From Vicugna vicugna (Eukaryota), in the NCBI GenBank assembly GCA_013265495.1, contig MU058289.1, positions 620,001-684,000 of the forward strand: DNA of 64,000 bases. Reading direction: 5' to 3'. Shown piece after piece: positions 19,991 through 31,137 of the stretch; positions within the stretch are counted from its first letter, which is position 1; each line of letters opens with the position of its first letter. The notes under the pieces were generated by a model. The model saw nothing but the letters and a program-made list of their open reading frames with translations, was not told where the DNA came from and searched no databases. A program made the position numbers and the translations under genes.

Positions 19991-22747
19991 AGACTCTGGC
20001 AAACTTTATTTTTCAATACTACGCTGATGGCCTGGATCAGGGAGAATAGAAGAGGGGTTTAGGGGCAGATAATCTGCCTTGGGCCGAGAGTGATAAGACC
20101 CAGGTGGTCCTGACAGGAAGCAGCTAACTGATCTCCCTGGGCCTCAGTTTCTCCATCTGTAAAAAATAATCTTTGCCCAACTTACCTCTGAATATCAGGC
20201 TTACTGCACTTGAAGCAGTTGGGTGTTTGCCAGCCTGTAAAAGGAACAAGGGAGCTATGCAAACAGGAGTAAGGATATTAAAGACGCTGTTCCAAGAAAG
20301 GAGAGCTGCTGCAGCGGGTCAGGGAGAGGCAGGAAGGAGGACGTGGGCCGGTGGAGAATAAGCCCCGGCCTCGTACAAACACTGAAGTGTGGATGAGGGT
20401 AAGCTGGGGCTGGGGAGTTGTGGGGAATGGCTCACACCCAGTGCCTTATCAGTGCAGCTGCTCTGTGCCTCCAGGAGGCAGAGGAAGCGGTGAAAAACTT
20501 CTGCTCTGTCAATGTACCAATGAAATTGGCAGAAATTCGGGTGCAGGCTGAGCTCAGGCTGATCACAAGCCAGGAGCCCTGGGGACAGGGCCAGAAAGTC
20601 TGCATTCAGAGTCTCTGAGCGAAATCCCACCAAGCCCACACAGGGTGCCCAAACCCAGGAGCCCCACCACTTCCTGACACCTCTGATGTCCTTGACGTCC
20701 TTGCGGGGACCCAGGACATAAAAGGAGGACAGGAAGCACCCTGCCAGCTTCAGTGACTCCCTCAGAGATTGCCAGTTCCCTGAGGGTGTTACCCCTGTCT
20801 GCCTTGGTCACTGCTCCATCCCCAGTGCTGAGCACAGGGCCGGACAACAGCTGATGAATACATGAAAGAAACCGGGCCCAAAATACACTAGGGGAAACCG
20901 ACTTGATCCGCATCCTCTGCTCACTTTTGTCCTTAAATCGGGGCTACTGCTTTACGGGCATCTTTGGTCTCAACTGCGGAGGGGGGCTCTGCAGTACCTC
21001 CTCGCGGCCACAGGGAGGCGAGCGCGACCGTCCCAGGGCTTCCTGCTGGCCAGCTTCCCTGAGCCTGGGTGAGGCATCCCGGGTCTCCGCCAGCCGGTCC
21101 CGGAGGGATTCAGGGAGATGCTGAGGTGGTCAATAGGCTTCTGGACTTGGGGTGCCCCTGGTCCACCCTCTAAAGTTTAAAGTACCACCTGAAGAAGCGT
21201 AAGGCCCTCTGGTATAAAGGATATAATAAAACGGCAGGCCACCCCCTTCTCCTCGCAGGGCCTCTGAAGTAGTTACTCAGCGTAGCCTCTGACATCCATT
21301 TTTGCCCTAAAATCCATCCTCCCGTGGCAGACAGTGAGGATTCGCTGCTCAGAGTACCCCACAAGATTCATCGGTCCTGGAATAATATCCCAACTCCCTA
21401 CCAGGGGGGGTATCCCATCCTCAGGGGGGTGTGGCTCTGGCCTCCCTCCTGGGTCGTCCCGGACCTGTTGGGAAAGGCTCACAGGGAACGCTGCTGCTAC
21501 CGTCCCTGGAACCCGAGATCCCGACAACGTTGGAGCCTTAATGGCTTTTGGTCTAATTTCTAATTTCAATTTCCTTCCCCAAGTCAGGTTCACCAAGGAT
21601 ACCTACGCTATACACTATCGCATCACTTTATTTTCTTCACAGAACTTGTCATTCTCTGAAATGACCTTGTTTCCCAGTTTTTTGTTTAGGTTATGATCTG
21701 TCTCTTCCACTAGAACAGAAGATCCACAGGACAGGGATCCCATCCATCTTGAATTCCTAGCAGCAAGTGCCAAAGCAGCTGTTTAATAAGCATTTTGGGA
21801 ATTAGAGACTGGAAGGAGGGATCAGAAGTATGTGGGCTCAACCCAGGAAGTCTTCCTAGGAGAAGCTGAAGCAAAGGGCACACAGGGCAGAGGGTGGGCG
21901 GCAAAGGAAGAAACCAGACCTGCTGGGCAGTGTGGCTGCCTTCCTGGGTGTGACAGTAACCCTGGCTGAGGGAGGAAAGGATGGGACAGGCTTGCTCTGA
22001 GCTCTGCCCCCCAATACCCCACACCCCAGCCCCCTTTCCCTCCAAAGATTCTAGGCTTTTCACCCTGATGTTCACAAGGCCCCGAGGCCCAGTGTGCATC
22101 CCTTCAAACCCCCTACTCCTTCCCCGAGCCCGAGAGGCTGGCTCCCAGCCCCTAGGTGTGTCTGTAGTGTGGTAATCAGGGCCGGGACTCGCCTCCTACC
22201 CACACTCAAGTTCTGGCAGATTTGGGGCGGGGTGGGAAAACAAGGTTTTACTGGTATTCTCAGAGTGGGAACCAGGAGATCAACCAGACCTGGAGATGGG
22301 GCCATGCAGAGCCAGACTCCGTGACTCTGCCTGACTCCGCTAACCCTTTGTGATGCATCCAAAGTGACGCTGAATCCAGGGCAGATTCTCCTGCCACCAT
22401 CCATTCCCCGAGATGCTGGGACCCCCTGCCAGTGAGAATTCCTCTACCCTCCTCTTCCCCAACCTGTCCCATCACTGGACACTTGGGGAACACAAACTCA
22501 ATGAAGCAATTTAGACTGGAGAAGGGGAGGGAGCTTGGAGACAGATACTGGGTTCTAGATTAGCACCCATGGCATAAATCATGTAAAGCCAAAATCACCC
22601 TTGAGAATCCATCAAGAAGGAACCAAATGGGAAGAAATTCTAAGTCAAGCCCAGCCAGTTTTTTCTCCAGCATTGAGAATTTCTTTGGTTGTGCATGTGA
22701 AGCATTAGGCTTGTGTTCAGAGGCATTGTACAAAAGTACCTATCTTT

Positions 22748-22906
22748 TTTGTTTTAATTCTTTTTTTTTCTTTTTTCTTTTTATGTTGCTGGGGGAGGTA
22801 ATTAGGGTTATTTATTTATTTATTTTTAGAGGAGGCACTGGTGATTGAACCCGGGACCTCATGCGTGCTAAGCATGTGCTCTACCACTTGAGCTATACCC
22901 TCCCCC
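22748..22906 (-). mobile_element. Vic-1-like tRNA-derived SINE, full length
   Basis: Reverse of GGGGAGGGTATAGCTCAAGTGGTAGAGCACATGCTTAGCACGCATGAGGTCCCGGGTTCAATC..., (AAAT)n and A-tail; TSD CAAAAGTACCT(A/G)TCTTT at 22731-22747 and 22907-22923. Confidence 0.9.
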
Positions 22907-25244
22907 CAAAAGTACCTGTCTTTAAACACTAGAACTTTAAATGTTAGAACTAGAAGACTGTCTTTAAATACACACTTGGTGTGGTAAGATGCTTGAGCAA
23001 GAAGAGGCAACTGGAATCTCAGGCAACCGCAGGTTCCTTCCCAGACATGTACTCCTTGAATACCATTAATCTCTTAGTTTTCTGTTTTCATTTGGCCAAG
23101 AGCGCACAGTTTGATTCTCTGAAATTAATGCGCGTGTGCTCAGAGCTGCCAGCTGTGGCTGTGCACGCCGCCCGCCACAAAAGGACACTGTCAAGAGGGC
23201 AAAGCTGGGCAAACTGCAGCCTGGCCCCCCAGCTCTCAGGGCTTGGGTCTATTAATTCACACCAGGTGCTCCGTGGGCTGGCCGAGGCCCTTTGCTGGAC
23301 ACGACTTCGCAGTGAGCAAAGGAGCAGGACAGGGGCGGGCTCTGGACTCCTGGGGCTCTAACGCGGGCCTCGCCACACACTGGCTAGGTGACCGTGGGCG
23401 AGTTATTTAACCTCTATGTGCTGTGGCTCCCCTGCCTACAGAATGCAAATAATTATACGACCTACCTCACAGAAGCACTGTGATGTTTCAATGACAAGCA
23501 TGCATTTAGAGCACTTAGCATAAGGCCTGCCATGTAGCAAGCCATCAATAAATTGGCTAAGATTATTATTAGCAGCCTTAGCATGCGGTGGACAGGAAAA
23601 CATAGGGAAGTCAATTTGTTGCAAAAGGGCCCTGAAGCCCAAGAGATGCTGGTGTTGGGTTCATCTGTGGCTTCGGATTACCCCTGCCGTGTGCTCCTCC
23701 ATCAGCATGTCTAATTGGACCGTGTTACATATCAGTTCTCCTTTGTTGGTTCTTCATTCTGCTCTTGGAGTTGACCTGATGCTGACAGATGGTGGTTGAG
23801 CTCCTTCAGTCCCTGCTAATTACTTGGTAAGAATTCATTACACATGAAAACTTGTGTCCTCCAGAAAGCCTTTTTGGGAGGTGCTCCGCCCTCCTGTCAT
23901 TTTCTCACTCATCCCCTCCAGTAGCGCCAACCGCACAGGACCTCCGCTGTGACGTGGTCATCTTCATGCTTAGTGAGCGTTCCTTGAGCACTGTCTTCTC
24001 AGGGAGCTCTGCACAGGGGGAGAAGCCACTAGAAAAACTGAGGAGGCTAAATGTGGGCAGGATGTTCAGGACCAGGGTGTGGGGGCAGCAGGAGAACTGA
24101 ACTGAAGTGCCAGCTCCTGGGGTCATGCAGACTGCTCGGGAACGCCATGGAGCGCACCCCGCCGAGGCCTGCTCCCTCTGTGCGTTGCATCAGGTTGGGG
24201 TAAAGCGACCCACTCTTAAATGAGGTCTTGCTTTGTCCAGTCAGGGCCCGTCTGGATTGCAGCACCTCCCTATTACACCAGGAACCGGTTGGGCCTCCTG
24301 AACCTCTTTGTGTGGAAGGTTGCTTGATTAGGATGTTTTGTTACTTTGAGGCAATGTGACTCCCAAGCCGGGGGAATGGGGTGGGGAGAGGTATAAGATG
24401 AATGAAATGGAGTGGGCGCCCAAGGTTCAGGACCCAGATCCCATCGCCAAGCGGGTCTCTCTGAGATCTGTTAGTGTTTCTCTATCCTTTGTCTTCTCAG
24501 CTCAAGACAGTTACCTCTCTAAAGACCCAAGAGTAAAAGATGGGAGTCTGGACAATGGGTCCAACCCCCAAAGGGAGAAAGTGTGCAGCATGATGGAAGG
24601 ATGCTTGGATTCTAAGATAGCCAATCTAGCAAATGTTGACCTCCACCTCTACGGTGTAAAATGCAGTGCTGGGGGATACAAAGGGGCTTAAGATATAGTT
24701 CCTGACCTCAAGGAACATGATATTCTATGAAGGAAGAACACAAGTTACTATGGGTTCAATGCCAGAGAAACACAAATGAATTGCACTGGCAATTTCAAGA
24801 AGGGAAGTTTGAGGAGGGAGTGGTAGGGGGCTGGCGGATGCTGGGAGACATCAGGGAAGCTTTATCCAAGATGGATGTTGGGTTCTGAGAGCAAGAGATG
24901 AGAGAAGGGCATTTTAGGCATAAGGAGTAGCAGGGACAGATGCTTGCAGGAGGAAAAAGAAGGGTATCTTCGGTTAGGAGTCCAGTTCGGCCAGAAGAAG
25001 AGGTGCATGCAAAGGGAGGAAAAGACAAAAGAGTTAGAAGGGTAGCTTGAGGCCAGGGCATGGAAGGCCTTCAATGCCAGTCTAAGGAGTTTAGGCAGAA
25101 TCAGGTAGGGTGGAAAAAAGCCTGAATTATAAGAGAGGAACGAAAAGGTATAAGAAAAAGAGACAAAGACAATAGGAGAGGTTGCTTGGGTGTCAATGCC
25201 AATCCCTTGGAGGGACAGGTCCAACCTGTCTCCATCGCAGCTCC

Positions 25245-25438
25245 ATTTGCATGAAGAACCCATCGCTGGCTCACCTCCCCAGTCCCCCGGGCAGGTGGGA
25301 ATTGAGAAATCCAAGGTAAGTAGGGAACAGTCCCTACCTCCCCATCCCAGAGCCCCGGGGGTGGTGACAGGATCTGGGGCTGAGTCAGTGGGGTGGGGAC
25401 CCCACTTCTGCTCAGTCTGCCTCCCTGGACTATAAAAG
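25245..25438 (+). promoter_or_regulatory. KRTDAP: KRTDAP promoter
   Basis: Octamer ATTTGCAT 25245-25252, GTGGGAA 25295-25301, C/EBP-like ATTGAGAAAT 25301-25310, AP-1 TGAGTCA 25381-25387, GGGGTGGGG 25390-25398, TATAAAAG 25431-25438. Confidence 0.75.
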
Positions 25439-25482
25439 GCAAGCGGCGAGGCCTGGCCTCAAAGCACCCCAAGCCTGACACC

Positions 25483-25569
25483 ATGAAGATCGCAGTCCTC
25501 CCCGCTGTGGTGCTCCTCTCTCTCCTGGCGCTCCACTCCGCTCAGGGCGCGGCCCTGGGGAGTTCGGAG
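25483..25569 (+). CDS. KRTDAP: KRTDAP exon 1 (signal peptide MKIAVLPAVVLLSLLALHSAQGAALGSSE)
   Basis: ACACCATG Kozak context, recognisable KRTDAP N-terminus, GAG|GTGAGC donor. Confidence 0.95.
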
Positions 25570-26913
25570 GTGAGCACGGCACCTGGGTTCTCTTTCTCTT
25601 ATACCTGGTAGCTCACTTACCTCTCGATTTCTTTACCTTCCATCAGTTATGGGAAAAGTGGCTCTTATTTGGGGGTGCTGCCAGGGGCGGAATGAGCAGC
25701 TGGGGCTCTGAGGAAGGAAACAAAGAAGGAAGGAGACAAAGCATTCCTGGGAAGACACATAGGGATGGAGATGCTTACATTGCTGGAAGGGATGGTGAAG
25801 TGTGGGGCAGAGCCTGGACACCCTGGGAGGAGACGGGGGCTGAGGTTGGGGGTCTGGGTTGAGCTCCACCTTTGTTTTGTTTGTATCCCTGGGAATGGCC
25901 CCCAGGTGGCTGGAAGCGCCCTGCTATCTCTGGATCCTGGGCCAGAGTAAGAATCCTTAGGAGCCAGTCTCCAGCCAAGAAAAATCCTGAGGTCCCCCTC
26001 TCCTCTCCTTACCCCACTGCGGGGGGAGAGTGTCCATGCTGCATTTAAAAGTCTGTAAGAAGTGTCACAGACTCAGCTGCTTAGGATTCGAGCAAGAGAT
26101 GTCAGTGAGCCAGAGGGCGGGCGGGGCCTCTGGGGAGGGGGCGTGAACTTGCCGGGTCTAAAATGGGGACATTCTACTGATGGCTGCTAAGTGGGAAAAT
26201 GTACCCCGTGTGGCCGGAGTTTAAAACTTTTTAAGAGAAACTGGAAATCCGATTTATGAATTCTTGCTGATCAAAAATGTTTAGTTCAAATGGAAAATCA
26301 AACAAGCCAAGTTACTATGAGATCGAGACATTTGGGTCTCACATGCAGGTGACCTATTTGTAACCTTTGTTATGAGAAGGAACAAAAAAGGAGGCAACGA
26401 AGCAGAGCAGTTGAGGTTGGGAGGGGACAGGATGGGGTGCGCTGAGGCCTGGGGGCTTACCAGACGAAGGAGGGAAATGGACACTCGGATGCTGGTGGCA
26501 ATAAAGTCACAAAGCAAACCAATCTCCATCAATTAAAGGCAGCGTGGCTCCCACCTGCATGTTAATCTCCCTGACCCAGCTCCACGGGCCGAGTGTGGGT
26601 GTCTCAGAAACACCCCAAGTCAATGGCAGAATAACACCAGCTCGTTTTTCATGGGAGGAGTCCTTTCTCCCCATGCCTTCTTCCCCCTGCCTACCATGGC
26701 CGGCCCGGGTTTGACTTCCCTGTGTCACACGTGCCACCCTCCTATCCCTTCTCGTGGTCCACACATCTGCCCACCAGCTGCCTTCCCGGGACAGGCCCCA
26801 TGGTGGAGAACAGAGCTGGCCTGTGGAGGGAGGCGGAGCTGGCAGAGAGGGTTTGGGGTGAGGGACTTGCCATCATGTGATCATCTGGCCCCTTTCTCCC
26901 CTTCACTTTCCAG

Positions 26914-26952
26914 GAAGAATCCACCATTGGTAATTACGCATCGGGACCTGAG
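26914..26952 (+). CDS. KRTDAP: KRTDAP exon 2 (EESTIGNYASGPE)
   Basis: TTTCCAG acceptor, GAG|GTAAAC donor. Confidence 0.92.
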
Positions 26953-27048
26953 GTAAACCCCCTTTCTTCCCACCATCTGACTAGGAGTTTGTCCCCTATC
27001 TCTTCATGCTGCTTAGTAACTTGCTTAACACTCCGCTCCTTTGCCTAG

Positions 27049-27090
27049 GCCGTTAACACCCAGTTCCTGAACATCGACAAGTTACGAGCT
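27049..27090 (+). CDS. KRTDAP: KRTDAP exon 3 (AVNTQFLNIDKLRA)
   Basis: GCCTAG acceptor, GCT|GTAAGT donor. Confidence 0.92.
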
Positions 27091-27250
27091 GTAAGTGCAA
27101 TTCTCTAGTACGGCCCCACGAGCATCCTCATCCTAGAGGCCGCTAAGGCCTGGGTAGAGAGCTTGCAGTGATGCCTCCTCTTTCCCAGAGGCCGGGGCCA
27201 AGCCCTGCCCTTCCCCGGAGCTGACGCTCCTCTGCTGTCTCTCTGCACAG

Positions 27251-27295
27251 GCTTTCAAGCCCGAAGAGTTCCTGAACTGGCACGCCCTCTTTGAG
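27251..27295 (+). CDS. KRTDAP: KRTDAP exon 4 (AFKPEEFLNWHALFE)
   Basis: GCACAG acceptor, GAG|GTGAGT donor. Confidence 0.94.
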
Positions 27296-27659
27296 GTGAG
27301 TGCTTGGCTGCCCTCTCCTTCCTTGACGGTTTGCCCGTCTTTCCCGGGTGGTGGTAACACACTCTAGCTTAGCCCTTTCGGTTCTCTCCTGAGTTCTCGG
27401 AGGGAGTGACTGCCCTGCGTGGATGCTGCCCAGCTGTGGGAAGCTTCCCCGGGGGGCTGTCATGGCCGCATCTTATTTTCCTAACGTGGCAGAGGGGCAG
27501 CAGGCCCGCAAAGACAATCCCTGAAAAGGAAGAACTTAATTGGTCAAGTTTATGCAAATCCTCTCATCCGCTAGAAAGAAATTGAGGTCCTAAGTGGGGT
27601 GGCTTACCCCAACATAGAAGGCGAAGTCAGCGGCAGCGCTGGAATTCGAGCCACAGTGC

Positions 27660-27860
27660 ATGACCCTGCATGTATTTGCTATATGCCCTCGTGCAAATGT
27701 CTTCAGGTCTCTGAGCCTCAGTTTCCTCATCTGTGATATGGGGATGATGACAGTACCGATGTCAAAAGGTTGCTGTGAAGACCGAATGAAATGACGCCTA
27801 GAAAGCAATTAGTCTAAGGCGAGCACGGAATAAGGGCTCAGGAAACGTTATTTCTTACTG
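27660..27860 (+). mobile_element. MIR SINE in KRTDAP intron 4 (approximate limits)
   Basis: ctctgagcctcagtttcctcatctgtgatatggggatgatgacagtacc MIR core. Confidence 0.65.
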
Positions 27861-27978
27861 TAATCATAAAACAGTAACAGCGTCGCCACTACAGAGAGCT
27901 CGTTCCGCAAGCGCTTACTGGTCCGTGCTCACCTGACCCGTATGAGAGAACCACTCTTGTTCTCTTTTTCTGTTTCAG

Positions 27979-28026
27979 TCCATCAAAAGGAAACTTCCTT
28001 TCCTCAACTGGGATGCCTTTCCAAAG
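27979..28026 (+). CDS. KRTDAP: KRTDAP exon 5 (SIKRKLPFLNWDAFPK)
   Basis: TGTTTCAG acceptor, AAG|GTAAGA donor. Confidence 0.95.
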
Positions 28027-28306
28027 GTAAGAGGTGGTGGGCATCAGGAGAGTAGGGAGGTTGGCGGTGAGGGCAAAGCAGAGGATCCGGGAGGGAGAGT
28101 GGGGAAAGGGAAAGGGGCGGGGCGGGGTGTAGCTTTCTTCTGATCAAACCCAAGGGAAACAAGGGAAAGCTTAGCTACTATATTCAGCAACTTAGATGGG
28201 GCGGAGATTCCTTTTCATCACTGCCCCGCCCTCTCCTGGGCTTCCTTGGAACTTCAGCTCCCCACACCCGAGGGTCTCCAATCTGACCGTACCCCCTCTC
28301 CTCCAG

Positions 28307-28345
28307 CTGAAAGGAATGAGAAGTGCCACTCCTGATGCCCAGTGA
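28307..28345 (+). CDS. KRTDAP: KRTDAP exon 6 (LKGMRSATPDAQ*); total 99 aa
   Basis: CTCCAG acceptor, TGA 28343-28345. Confidence 0.94.
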   Translation: MKGMRSATPDAQ

Positions 28346-28446
28346 CCATCCCCTTCAAGACCCAGCGCTGTCGATACCCAGTGAAAGAGGGCACTAGTGT
28401 GGGATCTGATCACCATCCTATAATCACTCTTCGCTGGCTCAATAAC

Positions 28447-28452
28447 AATAAA
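28447..28452 (+). terminator. KRTDAP: KRTDAP polyadenylation signal
   Basis: AATAAA about 102 nt after the stop. Confidence 0.8.
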
Positions 28453-29492
28453 ATGTTTTCCAAACAAACAGCTCCTGTATCTGCGTCTCTGTTCTTATCT
28501 GACTGGGCTCAGAAGGGAATTACGATGGAGTGGACCCTAAGGCTGGCAGGTGGAAACCTTGACTTCTGAGGGGGTAGTAAGCAGTGAGACAGGAGGAAGT
28601 GGGGAGGACGTAGCAAGGTGGCAAAAGACCCCTTGTGTCTTAGCTCCTCGGTACTGGCTGCCCTCCTTGAGGAGCACGAAGCTGGGGCTGCTTGGTTAAG
28701 CCCCCCAAGGAATCAGACCCAAACAGCTGGAAACCTCCCTCCCCGACCTGCCTTCTGAGAACCTGATTCCTCTGGTGGTGGCAGCTCAGTATAACAGAGC
28801 TATCTGTAATCCAAGCCTCAGGACCCAACTTAAATCATTAGAGCCCATCTAAGATCGTTTCGTGTTTTTATTGAATTAGGTAGGTTATAAATAAAGGAAA
28901 CTAGTGGTGTGACCCTGGGCCTTTCTAAACCTCCTTTCTTCATCTGTGAAATGAGCATGGAAATAAACAAGAATGATAATAACTACCCCGAGGTGTTGTT
29001 ATAAAGGACAATTGAGATAAGTATGTCAAGTTCTTTGCACAGGGCTGGGTATACAGTAGGTACCCAACAATTGCTTCTTTTCTCCACTCCCACTGCAAAG
29101 ACCCAGATTCATTATTTACTTACTCACTCACCATTCCACCCATCCATCCATCCATCCATCCATCCGTTCACTGCAAAAGTCTTGAAACACGGAATGGTTC
29201 ATTTCAATTCCTGCCGATGAACTCCGTGTGGAATATCTGTACCCCCTGGGCCTGCTCTTATACTTACAATGTTGAATAAGTTGGGATTATTTCTGGTTTC
29301 TCTTGAGAACCAGGAAAATGGGAGAATAGTGGACCTGCAACTGGCTTAAAGCTGCCCTTTTTACACAGAACATGGTCTCCAGATCGGTAACGTTCCACCT
29401 GACAAGTTTCACTTATTGACCTTGCTTTTTTGGTCCTTATGAGCAACTGAATTTGCAAACTGTGGCCTGTAGCTTGCTGAGGAAGTAGACTA

Positions 29493-30461
29493 CGAAGGGA
29501 AATTAAACATGTGGCTGGACTAACAATTAAACTGACATGAGACAGATTAACAGGAGAAAAGCATACAGTTTTTTTTTAAAGTATACACAGGAGTCTTCAG
29601 AAGGAAAATGAAGGCTTGCTGAAGAATGTACATTTAAAGCTATTCTAGGTTGTTGCCATAACCCAGCTTGTCAGCCATATAGAGATCCCCCAACTTTTTC
29701 CTGAGATAATGATGCTTTTTATTTCCTCCTGAGGCTTAGGATGGGAGGGAGTGGAGAGGGAAGGGAGGGTTAGAGCCAAGACTGGGCCTTGATGAGAGGT
29801 GACCAGGAAGAATGAGTCCTCCTTCTTGCTGGGATTTCCCGGGTGGCATTTTGCTGTCGCCAAAAGCAACGTGGTGAGATTTCCAGATGAACACTGACTG
29901 AAGTCTATGTCCTAAGAGAGCTTGTTTTAAAGGAAGGCAGCATAAAAATACAGATACATAAATTGCATTTTGCTGAATTAATCTTTTCTTTTAGGAAACT
30001 CATCAGTTTTCTTTGCAACATTAAAAAAAAAAAAAGAAGAAGAAGAAAAGAAAATGAAGCCCTGAAGAAGCAGTTAGGTCCAAAAGCTTATAGTATACAG
30101 ATTTTTCCAGAAAGAACAATAGTTGTGGGGATGTGACAAAGCAAAGGGGCTTGAACTAGGGGTCATACCTGGTGGGACAGTGACTAGGAAGTATGTGAGG
30201 AAAACTGATGGAAGATAAGGGTTATTTTGGTAGGTTTGTTTGTATGGACTGGAGTCGACTCCCAGTCTCTGAAGATAAGAATGTTCTCTTCGTGGTACCA
30301 GGAGGGCATCCTTCTCAAGGAAAAATTTACAACCTGCTTTCAGGTCGAAAGGGGGAGGTCAGAGGCCCCTTTGTATCTGCTGTTTCATAAGTGTCTTCAG
30401 CTCAAAATACTCAATATGTCAAAGCAGAATATTTTGGGGTGACACGTTCTGAACCCCTTCA
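29493..30461 (-). mobile_element. ERV1-class LTR (MER34/MER39-like), interrupted by an insertion; left limit approximate
   Basis: Minus strand begins TGAAGGGGTTCAGAACGTGTCACCCCAAAATATT; shares acagattaaca..gaaaagcatac with the LTR at 31138. Confidence 0.6.
29614..30049 (+). mobile_element. Poly(A)-tailed insertion of unidentified sequence inside the LTR
   Basis: GAAAATGAAG repeated at 29604-29613 and 30050-30059; A13 + (GAA)n tail 30023-30049. Confidence 0.6.
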
Positions 30462-30802
30462 CTTGGTTCCTGCTTTCAGAGAGCTTAAAGTCTAGATGAA
30501 TAAGACATGTAAATGTTGCTTATACCTGTCCTTCTGGTTAACTGGCAATGACAGACACACAACACACACCAATAAGCAGCAACCTGTGAGTGGGATCATC
30601 AACAGAAAAGAAAAAAGATGGAAACTAGTCAAATGCTACAATCAATTAAAATATTTAACAAGGACTGAATGCTCATAAACTGGGTGACAGGAAATGGAAT
30701 CGAGGACGAAGGAGGAAGTCCTTTAGCTACATTTACTGAGTGGCTAGGTTTTAGGGGAGGCTACGAGTCATGACACAGACGTCAAGAGTATCTCTGAAAT
30801 AA

Positions 30803-30980
30803 AGCAGTTCTCAAAGTGTAGCCCTGGGATCAGCAGCATTTGTATCATGTAGGAATTTACAAGAAGCACAAATTCTTGGGTGCCACCCCAGATCTACTAA
30901 ATCAGAAACTGGGGGTGGGGCCCAGCAGTCCATGTTTAAACAAGCTCTCTAGGTGGCTTCTAATGGCTTGAGAACCACTG
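30803..30980. mobile_element. MER5A-like hAT DNA transposon
   Basis: gcagttctcaaagtgtag...ttgagaaccactg terminal inverted repeats and typical interior. Confidence 0.7.
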
Positions 30981-31137
30981 AGAAAGGAAAGCCAGAGAAT
31001 GATTAATACAAAATTCAGGATGGTAGTCATCTTGTAGGTGGAGAGAATATCATGTATAGGAAAGGAGCACATTGGAGGAGGAGGGAAGCGACAGAAGCCT
31101 TCTATTATTAATGTTTTTATTTTTTCCTTATATATAT

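Noticed and set aside
21273..21696. Retroviral gag/env or PBS resemblance (YPILRGVWLWPP, RERCCY, TGGTGAACCTGAC) and WSLNGFWSNF similarity to DMKN
   Set aside because: Only short, wrongly spaced matches; not enough to assign, so kept only as an unexplained segment
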